Made by a program: the position numbers and the translations under genes. DNA of 64,000 bases from assembly GCA_949290785.1 (NCBI GenBank), contig CASETE010000013.1, positions 72,361 to 136,360 on the forward strand, written 5' to 3'. How positions within the stretch are numbered: position 1 is the first letter of the stretch; the number at the start of each line of letters is the position of its first letter. The DNA comes from an uncultured Pseudomonadota bacterium (GTDB lineage Bacteria > Pseudomonadota > Alphaproteobacteria > Rs-D84). Below, piece by piece: positions 25,614 to 35,450 of the stretch. The notes beneath the pieces were generated by a model. The model made no database searches. It saw only the letters and a list, made by a program, of their open reading frames with translations, and was not told where the DNA came from.

Positions 25614-28236
25614 TTGTAATCCTGATAATATCTTCACTTTTTGTTGCAATTTGCGCATCCGAAAGGACGGACCATAGTTGTGAATGCCAAGACATTTCCG
25701 GTGCGTTTTTGTATGGTGTATATCCGTATATATATAACTCGTCGCGGGCGCGCGTCATGGCAACGTACAGCAATCTATAATATTCTGCAATTTTACTGTC
25801 TGATAATGCATTAACTGCTTCGTTGCAGGCGCAACCGTTGTCTGTTTTTGATAGCCATATCCATAAAGGCGTTGGTGTACTGTGGTTGTCTTGTGACGGA
25901 ATTGGTAATATTTTTTCCAACGTTGGCATCCTGACGGTATCAATCAAAAAGATGACCTTTGCTTCCAAGCCTTTACTGCCATGAACGGTAACTATTCTGA
26001 CGCCTGCAGATGCATCCATGTCTCGTTTTATTTCGCTGGCGCCTGTTATAAACCATTTTAGAAAGTGTTTTAATGTGCCAGTTTGCGTTCTTTCGTATGA
26101 TAAACATATGGTCATAAATTCTTCTAGTGGGTCTATTATCTGATTGCCCAGTGTGCCAATGAATTCTTTACGCATTTTTCTTTGGTTCAGCAAATATGAA
26201 AAAAACGAATATGGTCCCGAAACTTTTGCCGTGTCTATCCAATCTTGCAGTTCTGTGTATATGTTCGGATATGTGTCTTGCAGGGTTTCGAATACTGTGG
26301 TTAATTTTTGGTGTGTATTTTGTTGTTGGTTGGTGTAATTTGTGTCGTTTTTGATTTTGCATATCTTAAAAATATCTTGTTCTTTCAATCTAAAAAACGG
26401 ACTTTTTAATACACAACATAAACTATAGTCATCGTCTTGGTTTAAGCAAAAACGTATAAGATTTAAGAAATCACGAATGGCCGGAAATGTAGGCAAAACA
26501 ATTCGGTCGTTCCCTGCGACGTCAATTTGTCTTTTTTTGAGTTCTTTTATAAGCGGTTCCGTCATCGGTTTTCTGTTTTGTACCAATACCATGATGTCGT
26601 GAGCTTTGTATTTACCGCTTAATAATAACGATTGGATTTTATCTGCTATGATTTTAATATAATCTTGTACGGTCTGGTTATTGTTTTGTTTTGATATTAA
26701 TTTGTGTATCTCTACTTTGCCACTATCGTCGGTCCGGAAAGCCGTATGCTTGTTGTTTGTAAAACCGGTGGCTTGAATAATTTGCTTGTTGTCAAAAAAA
26801 GTATCAACTGTATTTAGTATTGGGGACAACGAACGAAAACTTTGTTCCAGTGGTATTTCTTGAATGGTTCGCATATTTTGTTTTATTTGTGCAGATATTG
26901 CTTGGCGACTGGTCGCAAACGCGTCCGGATCTGCACCCTGGAAACCGTATATAGATTGCTTCGTGTCGCCAACGACAAATAGTGAATGCGGTAGGTTGTC
27001 GGTGTCGCCTTCGGTAAAAAAATCGCAAGATAGCATTTTTAAAATGTCCCATTGCATAGGACTGGTATCTTGTGCTTCGTCAACCAAAATATGTCCCAGT
27101 CGTATATTTAATTGTGACAGTACCCATCCCATGCTTTTTGGAGTAGAAAACAGTTTTCTTGTGTATAAAATCAAATCTTCAAAGTCCAAAATGTTGCGTT
27201 CGGCTTTCATTTGTTGATAAGTTGTTGCAAACTCTGCTGACAAATCAAAAATTGCCATTGTGTCATTAAAAATTGTTTGGGCTATATTTTGTTGATTTAT
27301 TTGATATACGCGTTCTTGTTCTGCGGTTAAATATGCCTTTTTTGCGACGTTAGAATTTTTTGTTCCGTCCGCATTTAAGTATGCGTCCTTGTAAAATTCA
27401 AAATCTATTGTTTTATCAATGTATTGTTTGGTGTAGTTTATAATTTTTATTAAATATTTTGCCGGTGTTTTTGATGAATTAATGTCTTGTTCGGCAATTT
27501 GGACAATTTTTTCCAGTTTTTCTGTCGTTGTATCAAGATTTTTATCGGTGTTTAATTGTAAAAAATTTTTAATATTGTCAATAAAGTATTGTCTATAATT
27601 ATAAATGTTATCAATTTGAAAAAAGTATTTATATTGTGCACTTAATATGTTTAGCAAGTCTTGCATATAAGTTTCTGAAACGCGAGTAACAATATAAGAA
27701 AACGCGTCTTTTATTTCTTTACGATTTGACTTATTAATAAGACGATTAAATGCGTCTTGTAATAGCGTTCGTTGATTTGCGTCGGATATCAAAGACCAGC
27801 CCGGTGAAATTCCGGCCTCCATTGGAAATCTGTGCAAGATTTCTTCGCAGAATCCATGAATGGTTTTTATTTTTAATATTTCGGGGTTGTCTATGTATTC
27901 AAAAAATATTTGTCTGGCATGGCGTAAATCTTTTTCGTCTGGAACAGTGTTTATTGATACGCCCGATAGTAAATCTATTAGTTCTTTATCGGACGCTTTG
28001 GCCCAATCACGCAAAGATGCAAGGATTCTGTTTCGCATTTCACCTGCCCCGGCGTTTGTATAGGTTAAACACAAAATGCCAGAATTTGATAAATCCTGTG
28101 TACGAAACAATATTCTTAACAGACGTTGTACCAACACGCTAGTTTTTCCGGTGCCAGCATTTGCCTGAACCCATACGTTTTCTTGGGGATTTGCGGCTTT
28201 ATCTTGTGCTGGTGAAAGCGTTCGTTTTTTTGACAT
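25603..28236 (-). CDS. addA: AddA-type UvrD/Rep superfamily-1 helicase (helicase portion)
   Basis: VWVQANAGTGKTSVLVQRLLRIL Walker A, ILCLTYTNAGAGEM, LVDEAQDTSPMQW, FVVGDTKQSIYGFQGA, TVHGSKGLE, LLYVAMTRARD. Confidence 0.8.
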   Translation of the reverse strand: MSKKRTLSPAQDKAANPQENVWVQANAGTGKTSVLVQRLLRILFRTQDLSNSGILCLTYTNAGAGEMRNRILASLRDWAKASDKELIDLLSGVSINTVPDEKDLRHARQIFFEYIDNPEILKIKTIHGFCEEILHRFPMEAGISPGWSLISDANQRTLLQDAFNRLINKSNRKEIKDAFSYIVTRVSETYMQDLLNILSAQYKYFFQIDNIYNYRQYFIDNIKNFLQLNTDKNLDTTTEKLEKIVQIAEQDINSSKTPAKYLIKIINYTKQYIDKTIDFEFYKDAYLNADGTKNSNVAKKAYLTAEQERVYQINQQNIAQTIFNDTMAIFDLSAEFATTYQQMKAERNILDFEDLILYTRKLFSTPKSMGWVLSQLNIRLGHILVDEAQDTSPMQWDILKMLSCDFFTEGDTDNLPHSLFVVGDTKQSIYGFQGADPDAFATSRQAISAQIKQNMRTIQEIPLEQSFRSLSPILNTVDTFFDNKQIIQATGFTNNKHTAFRTDDSGKVEIHKLISKQNNNQTVQDYIKIIADKIQSLLLSGKYKAHDIMVLVQNRKPMTEPLIKELKKRQIDVAGNDRIVLPTFPAIRDFLNLIRFCLNQDDDYSLCCVLKSPFFRLKEQDIFKICKIKNDTNYTNQQQNTHQKLTTVFETLQDTYPNIYTELQDWIDTAKVSGPYSFFSYLLNQRKMRKEFIGTLGNQIIDPLEEFMTICLSYERTQTGTLKHFLKWFITGASEIKRDMDASAGVRIVTVHGSKGLEAKVIFLIDTVRMPTLEKILPIPSQDNHSTPTPLWIWLSKTDNGCACNEAVNALSDSKIAEYYRLLYVAMTRARDELYIYGYTPYKNAPEMSWHSQLWSVLSDAQIATKSEDIIRITNEQ

Positions 28237-28354
28237 TTATACCCTTGCTTTATTTAAACGATTTTAGTATAAATTTTACTGAACTGCAAGAATATATACT
28301 TTTCTTTATTCTGCAAACAGTGTATTGTATAGGTTAAATACGGGGGATTCTGAT

Positions 28355-30280
28355 ATGGACATTACACAAATTCTGTTAATTGGCGGCGGCGTTTTGGCAG
28401 GCTTGTTATTTATTACATTGATTGCTTTGTTTTTCGTTTCAAGACGTTCGCAAAAAGTGATGGAATCTTTGTTGTTATTGGTGACAAAACCAGAGCGTGC
28501 GAAAATTCAGGATGCTGCGCGCGTCTTGCAGACAATTCTGTCGGACGAACTATTAAAAATAGAATCTAATTTTCAAAATATTAAAGATACCTTGAATGCA
28601 CAGATTGTAACCGCAAATGAACTGAAACAAAACCTTGCAGAACAAAATTCTGCACTGTTGGCAACCACAGAAGATGTTACAAAGAAATTGGCGGTTATGT
28701 CACAAAGGCTTGATAACACGGTTGCCGGGTTAAAGTCGGTTGTTGAATCAAACGATTGGCAAGATGTTGAATTATCTACCGACAGATTTAATGCAACCGT
28801 TAACGACTTGTTAGAAAAAATAAACACAACAAATGCAGAAGTTTCTGAAAAAGTGTCGGGCATTCAAGAAAATATAAACACATGGGTAGAGTCCAGCAAC
28901 GCGCTTTCAGAACGTTTACGCGGTGATTTTGATACAAACGAAAAGCAGATGCAGACTATAAACGCTGAATACGAAACAATGCAAAACAAATTGACGGAAT
29001 TAAATAAAGCCGTCGCTGATGGATTTGAAAATGTAAAAAGTTCAGCTGCTGGTTATTCAGAAATCATGAAACAAAATAATAAAGACTTAGACGAACATCT
29101 AAATAAAATGGATACGTTTAGTAAATTGTCAAAAAAGCAATTAACAAACCAGATGAATACTTTGACGAATACTGCAAATGTGGTGGGCGGACAGGTTCGT
29201 TTGGCAGAAACGTCAATAGAAATGCAAACAAGAAAATTGACAGAAGCGGTTGAAAATTTAATATCTTCGGCAACCGCAACGGAATCGTCTGTGCGTACCT
29301 TGTCTGGTGAATTGGCAACTTTGACTAACCGGTTTAACGGTGAAATAAAAGAATTCGCAACAAGTGTGGTGACAGAGTTAAAAACTGTATCTGGCGTTGC
29401 AAATACAACCCTAGAGAATACAAAAACTGCCGCTGGTGCTTTTTCCGAATCTGTTAAAGCAATGGCAACAGGTGTTCGCGAGACATTGATAGAAATGAAT
29501 ACCGCGCATACCCAATTGTCAGGTCAATCTGCAAATCTTATAAAAATGTCTGCAGAAACGACCGCACAGTTACAACCTTTATCAGAGTTGATAGAAAAGT
29601 ATTATTCTGCCCTGCCCGATTTATCACAAAGTTCTGTTACAACTGGTGAAACGCTTGAAAAAATAGTTGCTTCGTTAAATGAAAAAATCGCTTTGATGAA
29701 AACAACGGTGTCTGAATCTACAGATGCAGTTACGGAATCGGCTGCAAAATTAGAAAGCCTGGCCGGTCAATCGCGTCAACAAATGATTGACCTTATGTCT
29801 GATTATTCTAAGGCAGTAAACACTATGCAGACATTGAATAAACAGATGATGGTGGCGCGTGCTACTGCCCCTATGGACGCAATAAGTACAACGCCAGGAA
29901 CATCTTTCGGACGCGTCAGCAGCCAAGATTTTTTGAAACAAAGTGAACGTATGTTTGCTCAATTACACGAACAGTCTTTGGATTTAACGCGTGCAATTGG
30001 TGCCGATATTCCAGACGTTGTTTGGAAAAAATACCATGCTGGCGATAAAACAATCTTTTCAAAATGGTTGGCTAAAATGTTGGGTGCGGCCGATAAAAAA
30101 AGAATCCGAGACATATTAAAATCCGATGCAGTATTTCGTTCTCAGGCGACGCAATTCGTTCGCAGTTTTGATAAAATATTGACTGCTACACAACAAGCCG
30201 ACAATTCTGACAAATTATCGGCTACACTGATAAAAACTGATTTAGGACAGATTTATATCTCATTAAAGGGACATATGTAA
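28355..30280 (+). CDS. membrane-anchored long coiled-coil protein with conserved C-terminal domain
   Basis: ATG 28355. One N-terminal TM span (ILLIGGGVLAGLLFITLIALFFV). About 480 aa of heptad-like Gln/Glu/Leu/Thr-rich sequence. C-terminal DVVWKKYHAGDKTIFSKWL...DLGQIYISLKG block. Confidence 0.65.
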   Translation: MDITQILLIGGGVLAGLLFITLIALFFVSRRSQKVMESLLLLVTKPERAKIQDAARVLQTILSDELLKIESNFQNIKDTLNAQIVTANELKQNLAEQNSALLATTEDVTKKLAVMSQRLDNTVAGLKSVVESNDWQDVELSTDRFNATVNDLLEKINTTNAEVSEKVSGIQENINTWVESSNALSERLRGDFDTNEKQMQTINAEYETMQNKLTELNKAVADGFENVKSSAAGYSEIMKQNNKDLDEHLNKMDTFSKLSKKQLTNQMNTLTNTANVVGGQVRLAETSIEMQTRKLTEAVENLISSATATESSVRTLSGELATLTNRFNGEIKEFATSVVTELKTVSGVANTTLENTKTAAGAFSESVKAMATGVRETLIEMNTAHTQLSGQSANLIKMSAETTAQLQPLSELIEKYYSALPDLSQSSVTTGETLEKIVASLNEKIALMKTTVSESTDAVTESAAKLESLAGQSRQQMIDLMSDYSKAVNTMQTLNKQMMVARATAPMDAISTTPGTSFGRVSSQDFLKQSERMFAQLHEQSLDLTRAIGADIPDVVWKKYHAGDKTIFSKWLAKMLGAADKKRIRDILKSDAVFRSQATQFVRSFDKILTATQQADNSDKLSATLIKTDLGQIYISLKGHM

Positions 30281-30281
30281 A

Positions 30282-30304
30282 AAAGGCGTTATAAACGCCT
30301 TTTT
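30282..30304. terminator. bidirectional intrinsic terminator
   Basis: AAAGGCGTT-ATA-AACGCCTTT hairpin followed by T's. Confidence 0.7.
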
Positions 30305-30905
30305 ATCTGTTATTACGTGCAACGTTATTAATAAAGCGTTTTAGTTGTATCGGAATAATCGTTTCTTGGGCACTGCACTTGGTCCAAAAATTTATTTGCA
30401 AACCAGCATTTAAAAAATCTTTTGGCAGACAGGTGTTGTTTTCCCGGACTCGTACATCGTTCGGCATGTTTTTGCGACTTTGAACAATTGACCAGTTGTT
30501 ATCAGGCGGCAGAAAATATATTGTCCTGAAATTATACGATTTGTGAAAGTTTTTGCTTTTAAACCAATCTATCATTTGACGTGCATATTTAGGTTCTATC
30601 ACATCATAAACAAAATTTTTCCCAAGATTATTCAGAACCTCAAATTCAGGTACGCCGTATAACCATTTTGGTTGTCCTGGTTCCCATACAAATTCATTAA
30701 CCCACAGATAAGTCACAAAAGAATTATTTGAAAAATAATCTTCGTCTTGAAAATAATAATTTTTTCCGTCCTGTTCGCCTGGTCGTATTTTTCTGGTTGT
30801 TGCAGATTTTAAATTATAAAACAAACCTGTTGGTAGGTAATTGTTGATAAAAAAACTCTTGCCGCTACCGGAACAGCCTGTGCAAAACAATACCGTTTGC
30901 TTCAT
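30303..30905 (-). CDS. divergent guanylate-kinase-like P-loop protein
   Basis: GCSGSGKS P-loop, SATTRKIRPGEQDGKNYYF (guanylate-kinase signature S-x-TTR-x-x-R-x-GE-x-DG-x-x-Y-x-F), WLYGVP. The rest is divergent. Starts 2 nt after the rpoD stop. Confidence 0.5.
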   Translation of the reverse strand: MKQTVLFCTGCSGSGKSFFINNYLPTGLFYNLKSATTRKIRPGEQDGKNYYFQDEDYFSNNSFVTYLWVNEFVWEPGQPKWLYGVPEFEVLNNLGKNFVYDVIEPKYARQMIDWFKSKNFHKSYNFRTIYFLPPDNNWSIVQSRKNMPNDVRVRENNTCLPKDFLNAGLQINFWTKCSAQETIIPIQLKRFINNVARNNR

Positions 30906-30907
30906 AA

Positions 30908-32992
30908 TTAGTCTTCCTCTAAGAAACTACGTAATTTACGAGCGCGCGTTGGATGCTTTAATTTATTTAAAGCCTTTTGTTCTATTTGGCGAATGCGTTC
31001 GCGTGTTACGCCGATATATTCACCGACTTCTTCCAGTGTGCTGGTTTTATTAGTGCTCATACCAAAGCGTTGACGCAAAACGGTTTCTTCTTTTGGGTCC
31101 AATTCAGACAGAATTTGTGTTACTATCTTACGTAGGTTTTGTTGAGCAGCAGAAACGAAAGGATTTTTTGCCGTTTCGTCCGGAATTATTTCCATGCGGC
31201 TGCTGTCGTCTTCTGTGCCAACCGGCGCTTCTAATGAAATTGGTTTCAGATTAACCTTCATCGCCTTTAATATCTTATCAACCGGTAAGTATATCATTTT
31301 TGATAACTCTTCTGCGGTTGGTTGACGACCGTACTTATGCATAAATTGACGCGTTGCACGTTGTATTTTGTGTATGTTGTCAATCATGTGTACCGGTATA
31401 CGAATGGTTCTTGCCTGGTCAGAAATGCTGCGAGAAATACCTTGCTGAATCCAGTTAGTCGCATATGTAGAAAATTTGTTACCTAAACGATAATCAAATT
31501 TATCAACTGCTTTCATCAATCCTATGTTACCGTCTTGGACCAAGTCAGAAAAATCCAGTCCTAACCCACGATTACTGAACTTTTTTGCGAATTTTATGAC
31601 AAGACGTAAATTCGCCTCTATCATTTCGCGCTTTGCGCGGGCGGCTTCGCTTTGACCGCGGCGAACCAGTTCAACAACCTTTTTGTATTCTGCTGTTGGT
31701 TGGCCTGTTTCTTGGGCGATGGCGGTGATATCTTCTTGGATTTTTAAAATGTCTTTTTCGTGTTTTTTTGCGAATGCGACCCACGTTGGTTTTTTGTGCT
31801 TTGCCAATTTTTTTACCCAGTTACGATTGATTTCGTTCCCCGTGTATTCTGCCAAAAAGTCGTCACGTTTGATTTTGTTTGCCATTGCCAAACGTAATAA
31901 TTTACCTTCTAGCCCCATTAACAGCTGGTCGCGCTTTGTCAGTTGTTCTAGGATTTCAGCGATTCTGTCATCGTTTAAACGTATTTTGCTGACGTGTTCA
32001 AACAATTCAATGCGCATTTTTGTATATTTCTTTTCCAAAACTTCGTCGGGCTTTGAAGACGTCAATAAGTTTTCCAGGCGTTTTGCCTGTAACTTTTGCA
32101 TGCTGTTAAAGATGCGTTTTATTTTACCGAATAATTCCATAACCATTGGCATCAACGCTTCTTCCATTACAGGAATTGGTACGCCAGATGTTCCGCGTGG
32201 TGTATCTTCTTTTTTTATGCCGTCGTCATCATCAATGTCTTCATCATCTTCGTCATCGTCATCAGATACAGAATCTTCAATGTCATCCAAGTCTTCGTCG
32301 TCCAATTCGTCAACGTGTTCTACGCCTTTGGATTTAAGAGCCTCTGATAATGCAGCCAAAGATTTTTGCTCTGAATCACTAGAATACATAACTTCTAGGT
32401 TTACGATATAGCGCAGCCGAATGTCTTCGTTTAACAGTTGTTGATACCAATCAAGCATTGCTTTGATTGTCATAGGACTTTCGCACAATCCGTATACCAT
32501 TAATCTTGAAGCGGCTTCTATTCGTTGTGCGATTGCAACCTCGCCCGCGGCAGTTAATAATTGAACCGTACCGATTTGCTTTAGGTAAGACTGTACGGAA
32601 TCTTGTACGCCCAAGACTATATTACCAGTTTGACTGCGTTCTAGTTGCTTTGCATAGTGTTCATAATCGTCGTCATTGACGTCTACTTGTTCTGCGTCGG
32701 CGTTTAATAAATTACGCGTCTTATCACGAGATTCGTCAGAGTCCTCGTCATAATACTTTTCCATCGTTTGTGAAAAGTTTTCCGTTTCAAGAACTTCCAG
32801 ACCTAAATCTTGTTGAAAAAAAGCCAAGACTTCATCTTGTTCTTCTGCTGGAACTTCATCCGCTTCTGTTGCGTCATCAAAATCCATTTTTGACATATAG
32901 CCGACTTCAACAGCAGAAACAGCAAGTTTTTTCAAGTTTTCTGGTAATGAATCAATCAATAACTTGGTTGCTTCGTCCAATTTCTTAGCCAT
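30908..32992 (-). CDS. rpoD: RNA polymerase sigma factor RpoD (sigma-70)
   Basis: Regions 2-4 present: EANLRLVIKFAKKF, IQDGNIGLMKAVDKFDY, TYATNWIQQGISRSI, EEVGEYIGVTRERIRQIEQKAL. Long acidic insert DDEDLDDIEDSVSDDDDEDDEDIDDDD. Confidence 0.97.
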   Translation of the reverse strand: MAKKLDEATKLLIDSLPENLKKLAVSAVEVGYMSKMDFDDATEADEVPAEEQDEVLAFFQQDLGLEVLETENFSQTMEKYYDEDSDESRDKTRNLLNADAEQVDVNDDDYEHYAKQLERSQTGNIVLGVQDSVQSYLKQIGTVQLLTAAGEVAIAQRIEAASRLMVYGLCESPMTIKAMLDWYQQLLNEDIRLRYIVNLEVMYSSDSEQKSLAALSEALKSKGVEHVDELDDEDLDDIEDSVSDDDDEDDEDIDDDDGIKKEDTPRGTSGVPIPVMEEALMPMVMELFGKIKRIFNSMQKLQAKRLENLLTSSKPDEVLEKKYTKMRIELFEHVSKIRLNDDRIAEILEQLTKRDQLLMGLEGKLLRLAMANKIKRDDFLAEYTGNEINRNWVKKLAKHKKPTWVAFAKKHEKDILKIQEDITAIAQETGQPTAEYKKVVELVRRGQSEAARAKREMIEANLRLVIKFAKKFSNRGLGLDFSDLVQDGNIGLMKAVDKFDYRLGNKFSTYATNWIQQGISRSISDQARTIRIPVHMIDNIHKIQRATRQFMHKYGRQPTAEELSKMIYLPVDKILKAMKVNLKPISLEAPVGTEDDSSRMEIIPDETAKNPFVSAAQQNLRKIVTQILSELDPKEETVLRQRFGMSTNKTSTLEEVGEYIGVTRERIRQIEQKALNKLKHPTRARKLRSFLEED

Positions 32993-33015
32993 AACAAACC
33001 TTTAATTGTATAGAT

Positions 33016-33543
33016 TTATTTTTTTGTTTTGTTTGCCTTTGCAACGGCATCGTGCAACGCCGATTCAGATACCAAACCCAATACAATTGGACTTTGAATT
33101 TGAATTAATGAATAAGATTTATGCGTTTTGTTACGTACAGATGATACTGTCGGATTCGTGCTGCGCATTAAACGAGCAATTTGACCGTCAGATAATTCAG
33201 GATAGTTTTTAATTATCCATAATATACCGCCCAAACGGTTTTGACGGTGCAGCTTCGGTGTATACCCAACGCCCTTTTTGTTTTGCGCTTTTTGTGCAAT
33301 AACGATTTCTTCGCGCAGCGTTAGTCTGGCGTTTGGATCTGCTTCACATTTTTCAATGTCTTCACGTGTTAGCTGACCGTTTAAAATTGGATTCAAACCT
33401 TGAATTTTATACGTTTCAGCATCTGCGATATTTTTTACCTCTAATTCATGCAAACCACAGAAATCGGCAATTTGTTCAAATGTTAGCGCAGTATTCTCAA
33501 TAAGCCACAGCGCCGTAGATTTAGGCATATATGGGTAATTCAT
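33016..33543 (-). CDS. DUF1013-like protein
   Basis: ATG 33543 follows a GAGGA RBS. MPKSTALWLIENTALTFEQIADFCGLHELEV...YTPKLHRQNRLGGILWI resembles the alphaproteobacterial DUF1013 pattern as I recall it. Confidence 0.6.
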   Translation of the reverse strand: MNYPYMPKSTALWLIENTALTFEQIADFCGLHELEVKNIADAETYKIQGLNPILNGQLTREDIEKCEADPNARLTLREEIVIAQKAQNKKGVGYTPKLHRQNRLGGILWIIKNYPELSDGQIARLMRSTNPTVSSVRNKTHKSYSLIQIQSPIVLGLVSESALHDAVAKANKTKK

Positions 33544-33664
33544 GAAAGTTCCTCTTGTTGCTGGGGGCAATATACAACAAAATCACCCGAAATTCAAGAC
33601 CTTTTTATAAAAATATGCGTTTAATTCGTTTAAACGCATATTTATTTTACGGTTTTACCATATT

Positions 33665-35089
33665 TTATGATTTTTTTATTAGTTTGGATCCATCTTTTGT
33701 GTCGGTAACCAGCCATCCAGCAGCGTCAATCTTTGCGCGCAATTCGTCCGCCAGCGCCCAATTTTTTTCGCTTTTCGCTTTTGTGCGCGCGTCCGCCAAC
33801 GATTGAATTTCTGTCGGGGCAGTTTCGGCTTCTAGGGCATTGAATTTTTGCGCCCTGTCAATAAACTGCAAACCTAGCAATCTATCAACAAACTCAAACA
33901 ACGCGATTTTAGTCGCCGCATTTACTTCTGATGTCTTTAATAAATCTTGTACAATGACCAAAGTTTCTGCGGTCTTCATATTGTCAGATAATGTTGATAG
34001 CATTTTATCGTGCCATTCATCATAAACGCCCCTATCAACGTTACCTTTGTCCGTTTCGTTTAATAATAACGCAAGCTTTTTCACAATGTTTTTATAACCG
34101 TTTGAAGCGGCCTCTAGTCCTTCCCAAGAAAACGCAAGTTGTGCTTGGAAATGACTTAACAAAACCAAGTATCTATAAGCCATTGAGTCAAACCCGCGAC
34201 TACGTAAAGCGTCCATTCCTAAGAATTCGCCTTTGGATTTGCTCATTTTTTCGCCGCTTTTATCAATTAAAAAACTGATATGCAACCAATAGTTGACCCA
34301 AGGAGCCCCAACCAGAGGTTCACTTTGCGCTATTTCGTTATTATGGTGAATACGTGACAAATCTTCGCCACCTGAATGAATGTCAAAATGTTTGCCAAGT
34401 AATTTCATACTCATTGCGCAGCATTCTGTATGCCAGCCAGGGAATCCAACACCCCATGGGCTGTCCCATTCCATCTGTCTTTTTTCGTTTTTAGGAGAAA
34501 ATTTCCATAATGCAAAGTCCGTAGGATTGCGCTTTTTGTTGTTAAATTCTACCCTGGCGCCCGCACGGTCGCCCGACAGACTGCCACCGGTTAATTTCCC
34601 ATAACCTGGAAATTTACTGGTGTCATAATAAATGCCATCGTCTTCTATTTTGTAAGTATAGCCACGTGCTTCTAGTTGTTGTATTAAATCAATTTGTTCT
34701 TGGATGTAGTCTGTCGCCTTTGGCATATGTGTCGGACTAATAAGATTTAAATCGTTAAAATCTTTTATAAAGGCATCTGTATAAAATTTAGCCACCTCAA
34801 AAACAGATTTGTTATCCCTGGCGGCACCTTTTTCCATTTTGTCTTCCCCGGAATCAGCGTCGCTAGTCAAATGTCCCACATCTGTTATATTCATAACGTG
34901 CGTTACTTCATAACCGTTTTCTATCAGCATACGTTTAAGTATATCGTTTTGAATAAAAGACCGCAGATTGCCTATGTGAGTATAGTGATAAACTGTTGGG
35001 CCGCATACATAAAAACCGACTTTTCCAGGTTCTAGTGGTTTAAATTCTTCAATTTTTCTGGACATGGTATTAAATAATTTTATCGTCAT
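33665..35089 (-). CDS. cysS: cysteine--tRNA ligase
   Basis: Class I motifs HIGN (YHYTHIGNLRS) and KMSKS. CGPTVY and WHTECCAM zinc site. Confidence 0.96.
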   Translation of the reverse strand: MTIKLFNTMSRKIEEFKPLEPGKVGFYVCGPTVYHYTHIGNLRSFIQNDILKRMLIENGYEVTHVMNITDVGHLTSDADSGEDKMEKGAARDNKSVFEVAKFYTDAFIKDFNDLNLISPTHMPKATDYIQEQIDLIQQLEARGYTYKIEDDGIYYDTSKFPGYGKLTGGSLSGDRAGARVEFNNKKRNPTDFALWKFSPKNEKRQMEWDSPWGVGFPGWHTECCAMSMKLLGKHFDIHSGGEDLSRIHHNNEIAQSEPLVGAPWVNYWLHISFLIDKSGEKMSKSKGEFLGMDALRSRGFDSMAYRYLVLLSHFQAQLAFSWEGLEAASNGYKNIVKKLALLLNETDKGNVDRGVYDEWHDKMLSTLSDNMKTAETLVIVQDLLKTSEVNAATKIALFEFVDRLLGLQFIDRAQKFNALEAETAPTEIQSLADARTKAKSEKNWALADELRAKIDAAGWLVTDTKDGSKLIKKS

Positions 35090-35272
35090 TTATGAAATCC
35101 TTGATTATTGTAGTACTAGTTAAATATGTTAAGAAAAGCGCGTTAATTGCGTGTATGGATTAGCGACAACAGTAAATATTAAATCCAAATAATCTCATGA
35201 TTATAAATTGTAATAAAATGTTCATTTCTTGTCAAGCATATAAAAAATACCCCGTGGGGTATTATAATCTTG

Positions 35273-35361
35273 TGGCGGAGCGTATAGGACTCGAACCTAT
35301 GGACCGCTATAACACGGTCACGGATTAGCAATCCGCTGCATTACCACTCTGCCAACGCTCC
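35273..35361 (-). tRNA. tRNA-Ser (anticodon GCU)
   Basis: Minus strand reads GGAGCGTTGGCAGAGTGGTAATGC...GCGGA-TTGCTAA-TCCGT, long variable arm, GGTTCGAGTCC T-loop, and CCA is encoded. A hairpin plus T-run follows at 35240-35262. Confidence 0.9.
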
Positions 35362-35420
35362 GTGTGGTTGCGTCTGTCATTATATAGAAATCGTTTATCA
35401 AATGCAAGTCGTAAAATAAT

Positions 35421-35450
35421 AAAAAATTCCCCGCAATTAGCGGGGGATTT
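35421..35450 (-). terminator. intrinsic terminator after accDA
   Basis: TCCCCGC-TAATT-GCGGGGA hairpin on the minus strand, followed by a T-run. Confidence 0.7.

Noticed and set aside
32200-32300. Asp/Glu-rich insert in rpoD as a foreign insertion
   Set aside because: Acidic, variable-length segments between regions 1 and 2 of primary sigma factors are common. The frame and flanking regions are intact.
31683-32411. 242-aa Ser-rich ORF antisense to rpoD
   Set aside because: It is the mirror image of the GAT/GAA-rich acidic insert of sigma-70. Low complexity, no RBS.
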